Assembly: GCA_963666975.2 (NCBI GenBank)
Contig: CAXVYR010000003.1
Location: forward strand, 1,248,001 to 1,312,000
From: Terriglobia bacterium
GTDB lineage: Bacteria > Acidobacteriota > Terriglobia > 2-12-FULL-54-10
Direction of reading: 5' to 3'
Length of the DNA stretch: 64,000 bases
Shown here: positions 9,974 to 19,108 of the stretch, one piece after another
How the letters are laid out: the number at the start of each line of letters is the position of its first letter
Position numbering within the stretch: the first letter of the stretch is position 1
The notes under the pieces: model-generated
The model's input: only the letters and a program-made list of their open reading frames with translations
Database searches by the model: none
Told to the model about the DNA's origin: nothing
Made by a program: the position numbers and the translations under genes

Positions 9974-10687
9974 CTACATAAACCTGCGGCCTTTTTCCGG
10001 GTCCGGCTCCTTCAAGCCAAACTGCTCAATCACCTTGAGGGCCTCCTCCCGGTACTGTTTGCGGCATTCAACGTTGGTGCGTTTCTTGATGCCCCACTCG
10101 TAGTACTTCTGGCTGCGCTTGGAATCCGAGCGGCCAAACATGTCCAGACAGCGGGGATACATGCGATCCAGGGATTTCTGCACCTCGGCCTTGCCTTCCT
10201 CCGTCTGGCAGAGGGTGTCCAGTATCCGCAGCCCGTGCGCAATGTGTTGCTGCTCTTCCTTCAAAATCTGCGGGATGATGCGCGACACCGGCAGGTAGCT
10301 GGACTCGCCAAAGTCTTCCAGGTGATACCCGCCCACGCGGTCGATGAAAACACCAAAGCAGCCCATGTCCGCCCAAGTGTTCAGCGGCTCGCGGAAAATC
10401 TCCAGGATGCGGTCCTTGGACCGGTTCTTCAACTGGTGGGAGACATCCACATTCAACTCAGCGAGAATCTTGACGAACTTGCGGTGGTGGTCGATTTCTT
10501 CCGCTGCGGTCTTGGCCAGCATCAGTTGGTCCTCGGCCGTGGGCGCCGCCAGAATCCATTTCTCAACATAGAGGTGCGGACCACCCAATTCGCTGTCGGC
10601 TTGGATCGTCAAGACCTTGAGCAGCAAGTCCTGATACTCTTTGTCCATCTTGGGGAATTCGGCTGCTTCAATTCGGTCGGTAAACAT
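9974..10687 (-). CDS. Ferritin-like diiron protein, PaaA/BoxB (aryl-CoA epoxidase) family
   Basis: QADSE, APT, EEIDH, DRVG, SSY.P, EEQQH, LDMFG motifs. Confidence 0.8.
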   Translation of the reverse strand: MFTDRIEAAEFPKMDKEYQDLLLKVLTIQADSELGGPHLYVEKWILAAPTAEDQLMLAKTAAEEIDHHRKFVKILAELNVDVSHQLKNRSKDRILEIFREPLNTWADMGCFGVFIDRVGGYHLEDFGESSYLPVSRIIPQILKEEQQHIAHGLRILDTLCQTEEGKAEVQKSLDRMYPRCLDMFGRSDSKRSQKYYEWGIKKRTNVECRKQYREEALKVIEQFGLKEPDPEKGRRFM

Positions 10688-10708
10688 ACGTTCAACTCCT
10701 TATGGAGA

Positions 10709-11227
10709 TTATTTGGATTTCCTTTTTGCTTTCAAACCGGTGGGCACAACGCGCTTCCAGCTTTCGGAAAAGCGCACGCCCGAGTTCTTCAATAAATTAT
10801 GCACAGGGCAGCGTTCCACCAGCCGCTTGCGCCACAGAGCAAGCCTGCGAGGAGGCTCCTTTGTTGTAACCAGCGCTTGCACGCGCACCGAGGGGATCGG
10901 CTTGCGGACGCGGGCCAACCCGTACATGCCGCGCGGGTCCAGTTGGGCCGAGATGGTGAACTCCAAATTGCGGAGGTCGAAATCCATGGTTTTTGCCACA
11001 AAGTTGCCCACAACGCTCAGGGAGGCTGCATAGGCGCCCAGAATCGCCTCCAGAGGCATTAGCCCCCGGTTGGAACCGCTGAGCAACTCCGGCATGTCCA
11101 GCCGCAAAGCCTTGCCGCGCGCGCGAATCAATACGCGGCTGGAGGTCTCCATCCTGGCCTCTACGAGCACTCCTGTTTGGGGAATTTTCCGAAGCTTCAG
11201 CACAAGATTTTCCTCATCGGTCCTCAC
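10709..11227 (-). CDS. OsmC-family protein (start may be the GTG at 11203)
   Basis: LDMP..LSGSNRG..PLE.ILGA and CPVHNLL motifs. Confidence 0.8.
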   Translation of the reverse strand: MRTDEENLVLKLRKIPQTGVLVEARMETSSRVLIRARGKALRLDMPELLSGSNRGLMPLEAILGAYAASLSVVGNFVAKTMDFDLRNLEFTISAQLDPRGMYGLARVRKPIPSVRVQALVTTKEPPRRLALWRKRLVERCPVHNLLKNSGVRFSESWKRVVPTGLKAKRKSK

Positions 11228-11279
11228 CCTGACAAGTGTTAGGCAGAATTATTATGAAGGTGTTATTCCTGCCTGTCAA
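11228..11279 (-). promoter_or_regulatory. Sigma70 promoter with downstream palindromic operator
   Basis: TTGACA (11279-11274), 17-bp spacer, CATAAT (11256-11251); palindrome CCTGACAAGTGTTAGG at 11228-11243. Confidence 0.7.
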
Positions 11280-11452
11280 GATCGATACTGTGCAGATCGA
11301 AACTGTGCATGCTGGCTCACAGATAACAGCAAGGAAAGAAGGAAAAATGGCGTCGTCTCCTGGGCGGGGTCTTTGCCCTGAAAACAAAATATGGACACAA
11401 AATATCCTTGAGCCCCCCTCTGCCAGCCGTTGTAGTACAATAGGCGACGCAA

Positions 11453-11605
11453 CGGGATGGGTCCGGAAGACCGCTCAAGACCGTTATCATTCGCATGGAA
11501 CCCGCAGCGCAAAGAAGCGCCTGACCCTGGCCTCGAACCAGGGCTGACCTGAACTCGAATGATGTTCCACTTCCGCCAGACCGCTTAGTTTTTCTGCCCA
11601 CCCCG
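11453..11605 (+). ncRNA. Putative structured RNA or 5' leader, family unassigned
   Basis: Nested complementary segments found by eye; TACAAT at 11436-11441 just upstream. Confidence 0.35.
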
Positions 11606-11633
11606 CAAACCTCACAACTCAGGGAGGTGAATT

Positions 11634-12173
11634 ATGCGAACGCCCCTCATCCTCGGTTTATTGGGAGCGCTTTTCTTGCCTTTATTTTTGGCAGGCCAGG
11701 AAACAGAGCCGGTAAACCAGCAAGCTTGGAAAATTACTCCGGAGGAAGCTGCCAGGGAAAATCCGGTCCAGCCCGAAGAGGAGACTCTGCAAGAGGGAAA
11801 GGTGCTGTTTGATTCTCAGTGCGCCATGTGCCATGGAAAGAATGGCGATGGAAAAGGCGATCTGGCCGAGTCCTTGGGCGTAAAAGTTGCCGACCTGACC
11901 AACCCCGCCACTTTGCGGGGAATCACCGACGGGGCCCTGTTCGCCATGATGACCAAAGGAAAAGGGAAGATGCCGGGCCTGGAGAATCGCCTGCCCGACT
12001 TGTTCAAATGGAAGCTGGTAAATTACATCCGGACCCTTTCGGCTCCTTCCTCTTCCTCTGCCGGCAGCGGGAGCGCGACAAAGACTGCGGCCAAGCCGTC
12101 GCAGACTGCCTCCGGCTCATCGTCGGCAGGCTCCGAGGAGGCGCAGTCCGCAGCGCCATCCCCAGATATGTAA
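11634..12173 (+). CDS. Monoheme c-type cytochrome with Ser/Ala-rich tail
   Basis: GGAGG RBS, signal peptide, CAMCH, distal MP. Confidence 0.9.
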   Translation: MRTPLILGLLGALFLPLFLAGQETEPVNQQAWKITPEEAARENPVQPEEETLQEGKVLFDSQCAMCHGKNGDGKGDLAESLGVKVADLTNPATLRGITDGALFAMMTKGKGKMPGLENRLPDLFKWKLVNYIRTLSAPSSSSAGSGSATKTAAKPSQTASGSSSAGSEEAQSAAPSPDM

Positions 12174-12293
12174 TCGTCATGAATTGATCGTTATGAATTG
12201 ATGACAGGAACCGAGCGTGCTGGCTGGATTTTTTGCGCTTCGGCCCGGCAGGAAGCGAGAAAATCCCACGGCAAAGAAAGCCGTTTGCGGTGG

Positions 12294-13580
12294 CTACTCG
12301 CGGCCTGCCTCCAGACCATAGGCCTGGGCCAGCACGACGATGGGGTGGATCGCCTTTTTCCCCGCCCCCTGCTCGATCTGCACCGCGGAGAGCGGGCAAT
12401 CGGTGACGCAACGTGCTTCCTCGTCGGCTTTCATGAAGTTGAACAAGGGCTTGCCCACCTTCATGGATTCTTCAAAGTATTCTTTCTTTACGCTCCATGC
12501 GCCGTCGTGCCCGCTGCAGCATTGCAGGCGGTCCACCTCGGCTCCCGGAATCAGTTGCAGCAGTTCCTGCGCTTTGAAACCCATCTCTTGCGCCATCAGA
12601 TGGCAGGGCTGGTGGTAGCGGAGTTTTCCCACCTTCTGCGAAAAGTTCAGGTCCAGCTTTCCCTCCGCATGAAGCTTCACCAGGTATTCGGAAAGATCAT
12701 AGGTATTCTCGGCGACCAGTTTGGCGTCGTCGGTCGTCACATAGCTCGGGTAATCGTGTTTGAGCATATAGCTGCAACTGGCGCTGGGCGCCACAATTTT
12801 GTATCCTTGCCGGACAGCCTGGCTCAAGACGGCCACGTTCGACTTCATTTTCTTCACGGCTTGGTCCAGCATGCCGTTGTCGATGAACGGAAGTCCGCAG
12901 CACTGCTGGGGCGGAACAAAACACTCGATTCCGTTCTTCTCGAAAACCTCGACGGCCGCCTTGCCGATCACCGGCTCGTTAAAATTGACCGTGCAGGTGT
13001 AGAAGAGAACCACTTTGTCTTCGCCCTTCTTCTGGCCGGGAGCCGCGCGACGGGAGCGCCGCCGATGCCATTTTTCAAAGGTCTCGGAATAAAAGGTGGG
13101 CAGCAAGCGGTCTCGATGAACGCCCAAATACTCTTCCAGCACGCCGCGCAGCAGCGGGTTGCGGTTCGCCCAGTTGACGATCGGCGCCGCGTAGCTCGAC
13201 AGGCGGCCCACCAGATCGGTGTTTCCGAATATTTTATTGGCGAAGGGTACCCCTTCCTGCTTCTTCCGGACGAGGTTGTAGCGGATCAGCGTGCGGGGAA
13301 AGTCCAGGTCCAGCTCATGGGGAGGAGTATAAGGACAGATGGGATCGCAAATCTTGCACTGGTAGCACAGATCTGCGACTTCGTTAATCTGCTTTTCACC
13401 CAGCGATTCCACGTTTCCGAAAATGCCCGCCGCGTCGTCGGTCACCTCGAACAGTTTGACGAAAGAGGGACACAGTGTATAGCAAACCCTGCACCCGTGG
13501 CAGACGTCAAAGACCCGCACGACTTCCTTTCGCGTTGCTTCTGGATCCCAAAACTCGGTGGATTGAAGATCAAAGTTCAT
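12294..13580 (-). CDS. GlpC/HdrD-like Fe-S oxidoreductase (two 4Fe-4S motifs plus CCG domains)
   Basis: CHGCRVCYTLC, CYQCKICDPIC, QCCG, HQPCH, CCSG, TDCPL. Confidence 0.88.
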   Translation of the reverse strand: MNFDLQSTEFWDPEATRKEVVRVFDVCHGCRVCYTLCPSFVKLFEVTDDAAGIFGNVESLGEKQINEVADLCYQCKICDPICPYTPPHELDLDFPRTLIRYNLVRKKQEGVPFANKIFGNTDLVGRLSSYAAPIVNWANRNPLLRGVLEEYLGVHRDRLLPTFYSETFEKWHRRRSRRAAPGQKKGEDKVVLFYTCTVNFNEPVIGKAAVEVFEKNGIECFVPPQQCCGLPFIDNGMLDQAVKKMKSNVAVLSQAVRQGYKIVAPSASCSYMLKHDYPSYVTTDDAKLVAENTYDLSEYLVKLHAEGKLDLNFSQKVGKLRYHQPCHLMAQEMGFKAQELLQLIPGAEVDRLQCCSGHDGAWSVKKEYFEESMKVGKPLFNFMKADEEARCVTDCPLSAVQIEQGAGKKAIHPIVVLAQAYGLEAGRE

Positions 13581-13711
13581 GAACTGGAGTTCCTTCCTTT
13601 CCTTTCGCAACTGCAATAGCCGGGCTGGACATCCTGGCATTTCCCGCCCGCCAGAGCATGGGACGCTGGATACTGACCCAGGACATCTTTATCTATTTTA
13701 TCTATGTCCCG

Positions 13712-14029
13712 CTAGATTGAATTCCGGGGAAGCTTCAGGTAGTCCAGCAGCGAGACCCCAACCCGGTCAGAAAAACGCTGCGCAAGGGAGGGAATCTCTC
13801 CGCTGGGCTCGTCCTGCGCAATTCGCTCCAGACGGTGCATTGGATAGAAAACGGTGGAGAGTGTAACGATATCGGGTTCCGCCTCCAGGGTTCGCCGCAC
13901 CCAATCATCGAAGGCGTTCAAATCGATTCCTTGGATGGTCACCCCGGCCGCAGTCAGCGATAGCAGTCTTCCCCATATCTTTTCCTTGGGCTCGTGAAGG
14001 CTCACGACAACAATAGAATCTGGCTCCAT
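13712..14029 (-). CDS. Hypothetical protein
   Basis: GGAGA RBS, co-oriented with neighbours, protein-like composition (P.EK.WG, FYPM.R.ER). Confidence 0.75.
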   Translation of the reverse strand: MEPDSIVVVSLHEPKEKIWGRLLSLTAAGVTIQGIDLNAFDDWVRRTLEAEPDIVTLSTVFYPMHRLERIAQDEPSGEIPSLAQRFSDRVGVSLLDYLKLPRNSI

Positions 14030-14098
14030 ATGCGTTCCACTCTCCTGGCAGGCACCTGTCAGAGGGAAGCGGCCCTTCGAGTTCCCTGATAGGATCCA

Positions 14099-14986
14099 TT
14101 ATTTGACGGGAGCTGCGGGATTCAGTTTTTTTCTCAACTCGTTGGCCCGCTCGAAGAGATGCTCTAATTCCCGCGTCTTCAAATTATCTCGCAAGTGCTC
14201 CAAAGCCTGCGCAAAGCTGGTGAGCGCCCGTCCCAGGTTTTCCGTGTTCGTCAAGCAGATGTCTCTCCACACGCGATAGGGGCTCTCGGCCAGCCGCGAG
14301 GCATCCCGCAGGCCGGCGGCGGAAAGCTCCAGGTCCTCGGGGTTCTGCAGATTGTCCATGACGGCAACCGCCAGCGCTGTGGTGGCGATCTGCGGCAGAT
14401 GGCTGGTCCAGGTGACGATTTCATCGTGGACCTCGGCGTCCAGGACCAACGACCGCGCCCCCAGACGTTTCAGCCAATCCGTAAAAGCGCGCACGACGGG
14501 AGCGTCCAGATGGTGGCGGCTATAGGGGGTCAGCGCATAGGGCGCGTCCCGAAACAAGTCCGGGTCGGCGTTTTCCACCCCGGTGATTTCCTTCCCGGCC
14601 ATGGGGTGCCCGCCCACGAACCATGGTTTCCCGGGAAAAAGTTCCGCCGCTTTCTCGCAGATGACGCCCTTGGTGCTGCCTGCGTCTGTCACCAAGCAAT
14701 CTTGCTTCACCAACGGCGGCAGCTTGGCCAGCAGCTCCAGAATATTCAGAATGGGAGTCGAGAGGTATATGACATCGGCGCCGGCGACAGCCTCCGGCAG
14801 GTTCGACGATCCCGAATCGATGGCCCCCCGCCGCTGAGCGCGCTCCAGGGTAGCCGGACGGCCGTGGCCCATGATTTGGCCGTCAAAACCGGCCTTTTTC
14901 AGAGCCAGCCCGAATGAGCCGCCGATTAGCCCGACGCCGCAAATGGTGACTTTCTCGATTTTTCCGAAACTGCCTTCACTGCTCAT
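14099..14986 (-). CDS. tyrA: Prephenate/arogenate dehydrogenase
   Basis: GVGLIGGS, TDAGSTK, GGHPMAG, HD, SHLPQ. Confidence 0.92.
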   Translation of the reverse strand: MSSEGSFGKIEKVTICGVGLIGGSFGLALKKAGFDGQIMGHGRPATLERAQRRGAIDSGSSNLPEAVAGADVIYLSTPILNILELLAKLPPLVKQDCLVTDAGSTKGVICEKAAELFPGKPWFVGGHPMAGKEITGVENADPDLFRDAPYALTPYSRHHLDAPVVRAFTDWLKRLGARSLVLDAEVHDEIVTWTSHLPQIATTALAVAVMDNLQNPEDLELSAAGLRDASRLAESPYRVWRDICLTNTENLGRALTSFAQALEHLRDNLKTRELEHLFERANELRKKLNPAAPVK

Positions 14987-15030
14987 TTTTCTGAGGTACT
15001 GGTCTGAGGTACTTGCCGGCGCTGAGCGCG

Positions 15031-15327
15031 TCAGGATTTGTTGTTTTCTTCCGAGTCTTGTGCGTTGAACAGGAGGCTTTGCAAACCACGCCCCTCATCT
15101 ACAATCCGCTCAAAGACCCGCTGCAGCGCATCGTTTTTCAGGGGGCCTTGGTTGGCATCGAAGACGTGCTGGAAAACTTCCTTCTCGCGGTGAGGCTCGC
15201 GAATAGGCAGGGCGTTTTGACGCTTGATCTTGCCGATCTCCACCGCGCAACGGGCCCGCTCGTTCAGCAACTGAACCAGCCGGCGGTCAATCTCGTCGAT
15301 TTTCTTGCGCCAGTCAGCAATGTCCAT
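15031..15327 (-). CDS. Chorismate mutase (AroQ type)
   Basis: R..IDEID..LV.LLNER, IGKIK, REKEV. Confidence 0.9.
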   Translation of the reverse strand: MDIADWRKKIDEIDRRLVQLLNERARCAVEIGKIKRQNALPIREPHREKEVFQHVFDANQGPLKNDALQRVFERIVDEGRGLQSLLFNAQDSEENNKS

Positions 15328-15468
15328 ATCGCAGCCACAGGCAAGAAAAGCAGTCCATAATTCAGAAACCGCGCTTCCCCGCCCCAACATTATGCCACAA
15401 TCAAACGCCTCTCCCGGCACAACGGATTCGGGATGACGATCATGACGAGAAAAACAATGCCGTCTAAA

Positions 15469-16314
15469 CTATGATTTGTGAATCGGCTCGTGACGCTGCG
15501 TCTTAAACCCCTCGCGCAGCCAGCGGGCAAAATCGGCGACATGCGGGACAGGGTCCTGCTGATGTTCCTCCAGACAACGCACCAGCGCGCTGCCCACAAC
15601 AACCCCATCAGCCAGAGGAGCCAGCTCTGCCAGGTGCTCCGGGCGGGATATGCCGAAACCAACAGCCAGGGGAAGCGAGGTCGAGGCCCGCAACCGGCCG
15701 AGCAGAGGGGCGGCGGCAGCCGAAAGCTGCTCGCGCGCGCCGGTGACCCCGGCTCGGGCAATCGCATATACGAAGCCGGTGGAAAGCTCCGCCACGCGCT
15801 TCAGGCGCTGGCCGGTCGAGGTGGGCGCTGCCAGAAAGACGGTATCGAGCCCTTGCCGCCGCATCTCGGCGACATAGAGACCGGCCTCTTCTACGCTCAA
15901 GTCGGTAATCAAAGCCCCGTCGGCGCCGCTTGCGACGGCGTCGGCTGCAAAGCGCTCAAAGCCGTATCGCAGGACAGGGTTCAAGTAGCTGAACAGAAGC
16001 AGGGGAACTGGGGACTCCTGGCGGATATCCCGGATCATCTGGAGGATGCGCGGGAGATTTGCGCCGCTCCGCAGCGCCCTCTCCCCGGAACGCTGGATCA
16101 CGGGTCCGTCGGCAATCGGCTCGGAAAAGGGCACGCCTAGCTCAACGATATCGACCCCGGCCTGTGCCAACGCCACAACCATCCTTGCGGTGGTGGCAAT
16201 GTCCGGGTCACCCGCCATCAGAAAGGCGATGAGCGCCTTGTCGCCCCGGCCTCGCAGTTGTGCCCAGCGTTGTTGGATGCGCGTGCCCACCAGCTTGTTA
16301 ACCTTTGCTTTCAA
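15469..16314 (-). CDS. trpA: Tryptophan synthase alpha chain
   Basis: ELGVPFSEPIADGPVIQ, YLNP, GVTG, VGFGIS, VVGSA. Confidence 0.95.
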   Translation of the reverse strand: MKAKVNKLVGTRIQQRWAQLRGRGDKALIAFLMAGDPDIATTARMVVALAQAGVDIVELGVPFSEPIADGPVIQRSGERALRSGANLPRILQMIRDIRQESPVPLLLFSYLNPVLRYGFERFAADAVASGADGALITDLSVEEAGLYVAEMRRQGLDTVFLAAPTSTGQRLKRVAELSTGFVYAIARAGVTGAREQLSAAAAPLLGRLRASTSLPLAVGFGISRPEHLAELAPLADGVVVGSALVRCLEEHQQDPVPHVADFARWLREGFKTQRHEPIHKS

Positions 16315-16439
16315 GCATCTTGAGAATATATTTCGCCATGAAGTCCTTGATTTCCGAGTGGCGCGGAAAGGGTTAGTCTACCTTGGTAGCGGGGTTCTGA
16401 TCGGTTTGTGTCGTAATTGTTATCGCGTTTTTTCTTCAG

Positions 16440-16701
16440 CTAAGCCAGAGGATCAATCTTCCCCGGTGGCTGCAGGTTCTTTGCCCGTGTCCACGCTTCC
16501 CTCAACTCCTCCTGATGCAATGAGGCCCACTCCATGATCATGCCGAAAGCGCGGGGTGGCAACCTTCCTGCAATCACCGCCAGCGTATCGATGGCTAAAA
16601 GGACTTCCTGGGCTTCGTACTGCGCGTGAAAATGAGATGGCCAGTGATCATCAAAGTACATCTTAAATGACAATCCCGTAGAAGCGGCTGATCTCAGGCA
16701 T
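16440..16701 (-). pseudogene. DUF4160 (putative toxin) gene with a +1 frameshift
   Basis: ATG at 16701 reads MPEISRFYGIVI-stop; removing one base at 16665-16667 restores ...IVIKMYFDDHWPSHFHAQY...WA.LHQEEL..W...KIDPL. Confidence 0.85.
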
Positions 16702-16978
16702 GTAGCTCGGTTGCCTTCAATTTCGGGAAAATCTCCCCTGGGGTCTTGCCGGTGATCTGGAGATAAAGCGCGTCGGGGCAAAGATCAATATGGTTCCCCC
16801 AGGCAAGCGCCCCACTGTCGTCGATCCTTACATCATCAAAAAAATGCCGATCATTCCACGCCTCAAAAACGCCCCGTCCGGCAAGATCGGACAGATCCAC
16901 CTCACCCTCGACACCATCCGCGTAACGCAACCAGAGGCGGTAACTGCGCAAGGCCTTGACTTGCACTAATTCGAACAT
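16694..16978 (-). CDS. DUF2442 protein (putative antitoxin)
   Basis: YRLWLRYADG.EGEVDL, GVF, LAW...DLCPDALY; GGAGGAAGG RBS. Confidence 0.85.
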   Translation of the reverse strand: MFELVQVKALRSYRLWLRYADGVEGEVDLSDLAGRGVFEAWNDRHFFDDVRIDDSGALAWGNHIDLCPDALYLQITGKTPGEIFPKLKATELHA

Positions 16979-17096
16979 CGAACCTTCCTCCCCCTCATTC
17001 TCCAACAAACGAGAGATTGCTACAAGACTAGATAAGGTACGTTTCCGGCCAGCGCCTAAACGCTTGCGGTTCTTCAGACTAGCCAGGAAACTAGCG

Positions 17097-18329
17097 TTAC
17101 AATTTCAGTTCCCTTTCCAGTATTTCCATATCCTTGTCGCCCCTGCCCGAAAGGCACAACAAATAGACCTGCCCTTTGCCGGACGGGGCGCGCCGCACGG
17201 CCTCCGCCACCGCATGCGAGCTTTCGAGCGCCGGGATAATCCCCTCCAGTTGGCTCAGCGTGCGGCAGGCCTCCAGGGCTTCGCTATCGGTCGCAGTGGT
17301 ATATTCCACTCGTCCGCTGTCGAACAGCATGGAATGCTCCGGCCCGACGGCAGCGTAGTCCAGGCCGGCGGAGATGGAATGCGTGGTCGAGATTTGCCCC
17401 ATCTCGTCCTGCAACACATAGCTGAAGGTGCCATGCAAAACGCCGGGACTGCCGCCGTGGAAGCGGGCAGCATGCTGGCCCAACTGGGAGCCACGGCCTC
17501 CCGCTTCAACTCCCACCATTGGCACCTTCTCCGCTTCCTCCATCAGAAATTCATGGAAAAGCCCAATGGCATTGCTTCCGCCGCCCACGCAAGCCAGCAA
17601 CAAGTCCGGCAGCCGGCCTTCGGCTTCGAGAATTTGCCGGCGCGATTCCTCTCCGATCACCTTCTGAAAATCGCGCACCATCTGAGGATAGGGGTGAGGC
17701 CCAAATGCCGTACCCAGCAAATAATATGTGTTATCTAAATTCGCTACCCAGTCTCGCATTGTCTCGCTGATCGCTTCCTTCAGCGTCCGGCTGCCCGCGC
17801 TCACGGGCACCACCTCCGCGCCCAGCAGGCGCATGCGGAAGACGTTCAGCCGTTGCCGCGACATATCCTCTTCGCCCATGTAGACCACGCACTGAAAGCC
17901 GAGCAGCGCGGCCACCGTCGCCGTCGCCACGCCGTGCTGTCCAGCCCCGGTTTCGGCGATCAGACGGCCTTTCCCCATCCGCCGCGCCAGCAAGGCCTGC
18001 CCCAGGCAGTTATTGATTTTGTGCGCTCCGGTGTGGAGAAGGTCCTCTCGCTTCAGATAAATGCGCGCCCCGCCCAAGTGATCACTGAGGCGGCTGGCCA
18101 AGGTGAGCGGCGTGGGTCTGCCGGCATAGCTTCTCAGCAGGCCGTCCAACTCTTGCTGGAAGGCAGGGTCGGAGCAGGCTTTGAGGTAAGCCGCCTCCAG
18201 CTCCTCGAGGGGGTGCATCAAAGTTTCCGGAGCGTAGCGACCCCCGTAGGGTCCAAAGTGTCCCCCCTGGTCCGGCTGGGCCTGAAAACTGGAGCCCTTA
18301 ACTGCTTTACTCATATGCTGTTTTGCCAT
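17097..18329 (-). CDS. trpB: Tryptophan synthase beta chain
   Basis: [44 protein letters not shown]. Confidence 0.97.
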   Translation of the reverse strand: MAKQHMSKAVKGSSFQAQPDQGGHFGPYGGRYAPETLMHPLEELEAAYLKACSDPAFQQELDGLLRSYAGRPTPLTLASRLSDHLGGARIYLKREDLLHTGAHKINNCLGQALLARRMGKGRLIAETGAGQHGVATATVAALLGFQCVVYMGEEDMSRQRLNVFRMRLLGAEVVPVSAGSRTLKEAISETMRDWVANLDNTYYLLGTAFGPHPYPQMVRDFQKVIGEESRRQILEAEGRLPDLLLACVGGGSNAIGLFHEFLMEEAEKVPMVGVEAGGRGSQLGQHAARFHGGSPGVLHGTFSYVLQDEMGQISTTHSISAGLDYAAVGPEHSMLFDSGRVEYTTATDSEALEACRTLSQLEGIIPALESSHAVAEAVRRAPSGKGQVYLLCLSGRGDKDMEILERELKL

Positions 18330-18365
18330 AATTATTGAAACGGCAGTTTACATTACAACGTTACT

Positions 18366-19076
18366 TTACGGGCGGCCCTTGGAGACTCCTCCCAGCGGCT
18401 CTGCCAAACTATTTGCAGGTGACTGAGTCGCAGACACTTGAGCCGAGAACAACTGTGCCTCGGCTGCACGGACTGCCTGAATAAATTCCCGAATCCGTTG
18501 CGGGTCCTTCTTCCCCGGCTCGGTTTCCACCCCGGAGCAGACATCCACTCCCCAGGGACAAACCTGGTGCACGGCCTCGCCTACGTTGGAAACCTTCAGC
18601 CCCCCTGCAAGAATAATCTTGCCAAAGGCTTTGGCTTTCTGCGCCTGCGACCAATCAAAGGTCTTCCCCGTTCCGCCATGCATCCCGGCCACGAAACCGT
18701 CCAGCAAGAAGGCGCTGGCGGAACGAAAACGGCTGATTTGTTCCGGCTGGAAATCGCTGCCTACCTTGACTGCTTTGATCTTCACAAAAGATTCCAGTTG
18801 CTCCAGATACTCCGGGCTCTCGCTGCCATGAAATTGCAGCACCGCGACTCCGGTCTCCGCAGCGATTTCGCGAACCCTCTCCGGAGTTTCATCCACGAAT
18901 ACCCCCACCGTCCAGATGTCGCTGGGAATGTTGGCAAGGATACGTGCGGCCTCGCGGGGAGAGATATAACGCGGCGTCCCTTTCCAGAAATTAAAGCCCA
19001 GGGCGCTGGCACCGGCCTTGACCGCCGCTTCGGCATCTTCCGCCCGGCGGATTCCGCAAATCTTCACGTGTACCAT
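18366..19076 (-). CDS. trpF: Phosphoribosylanthranilate isomerase
   Basis: VKICG, QFHG.E, GGTGKTFDW, LAGGL, VDVCSGVE. Confidence 0.95.
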   Translation of the reverse strand: MVHVKICGIRRAEDAEAAVKAGASALGFNFWKGTPRYISPREAARILANIPSDIWTVGVFVDETPERVREIAAETGVAVLQFHGSESPEYLEQLESFVKIKAVKVGSDFQPEQISRFRSASAFLLDGFVAGMHGGTGKTFDWSQAQKAKAFGKIILAGGLKVSNVGEAVHQVCPWGVDVCSGVETEPGKKDPQRIREFIQAVRAAEAQLFSAQVSATQSPANSLAEPLGGVSKGRP

Positions 19077-19108
19077 CAGCCTGCCATCAACCTTTCATCC
19101 ACTGGCCA

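Noticed and set aside
11020-11045. Selenocysteine at the missing first Cys of the OsmC-like protein
   Set aside because: The codon is TAT (Tyr), not TGA; no in-frame TGA readthrough candidate was noticed.
12052-12170. Ser/Ala-rich tail of the cytochrome c as a repeat element
   Set aside because: Ordinary low-complexity linker with no DNA-level periodicity.
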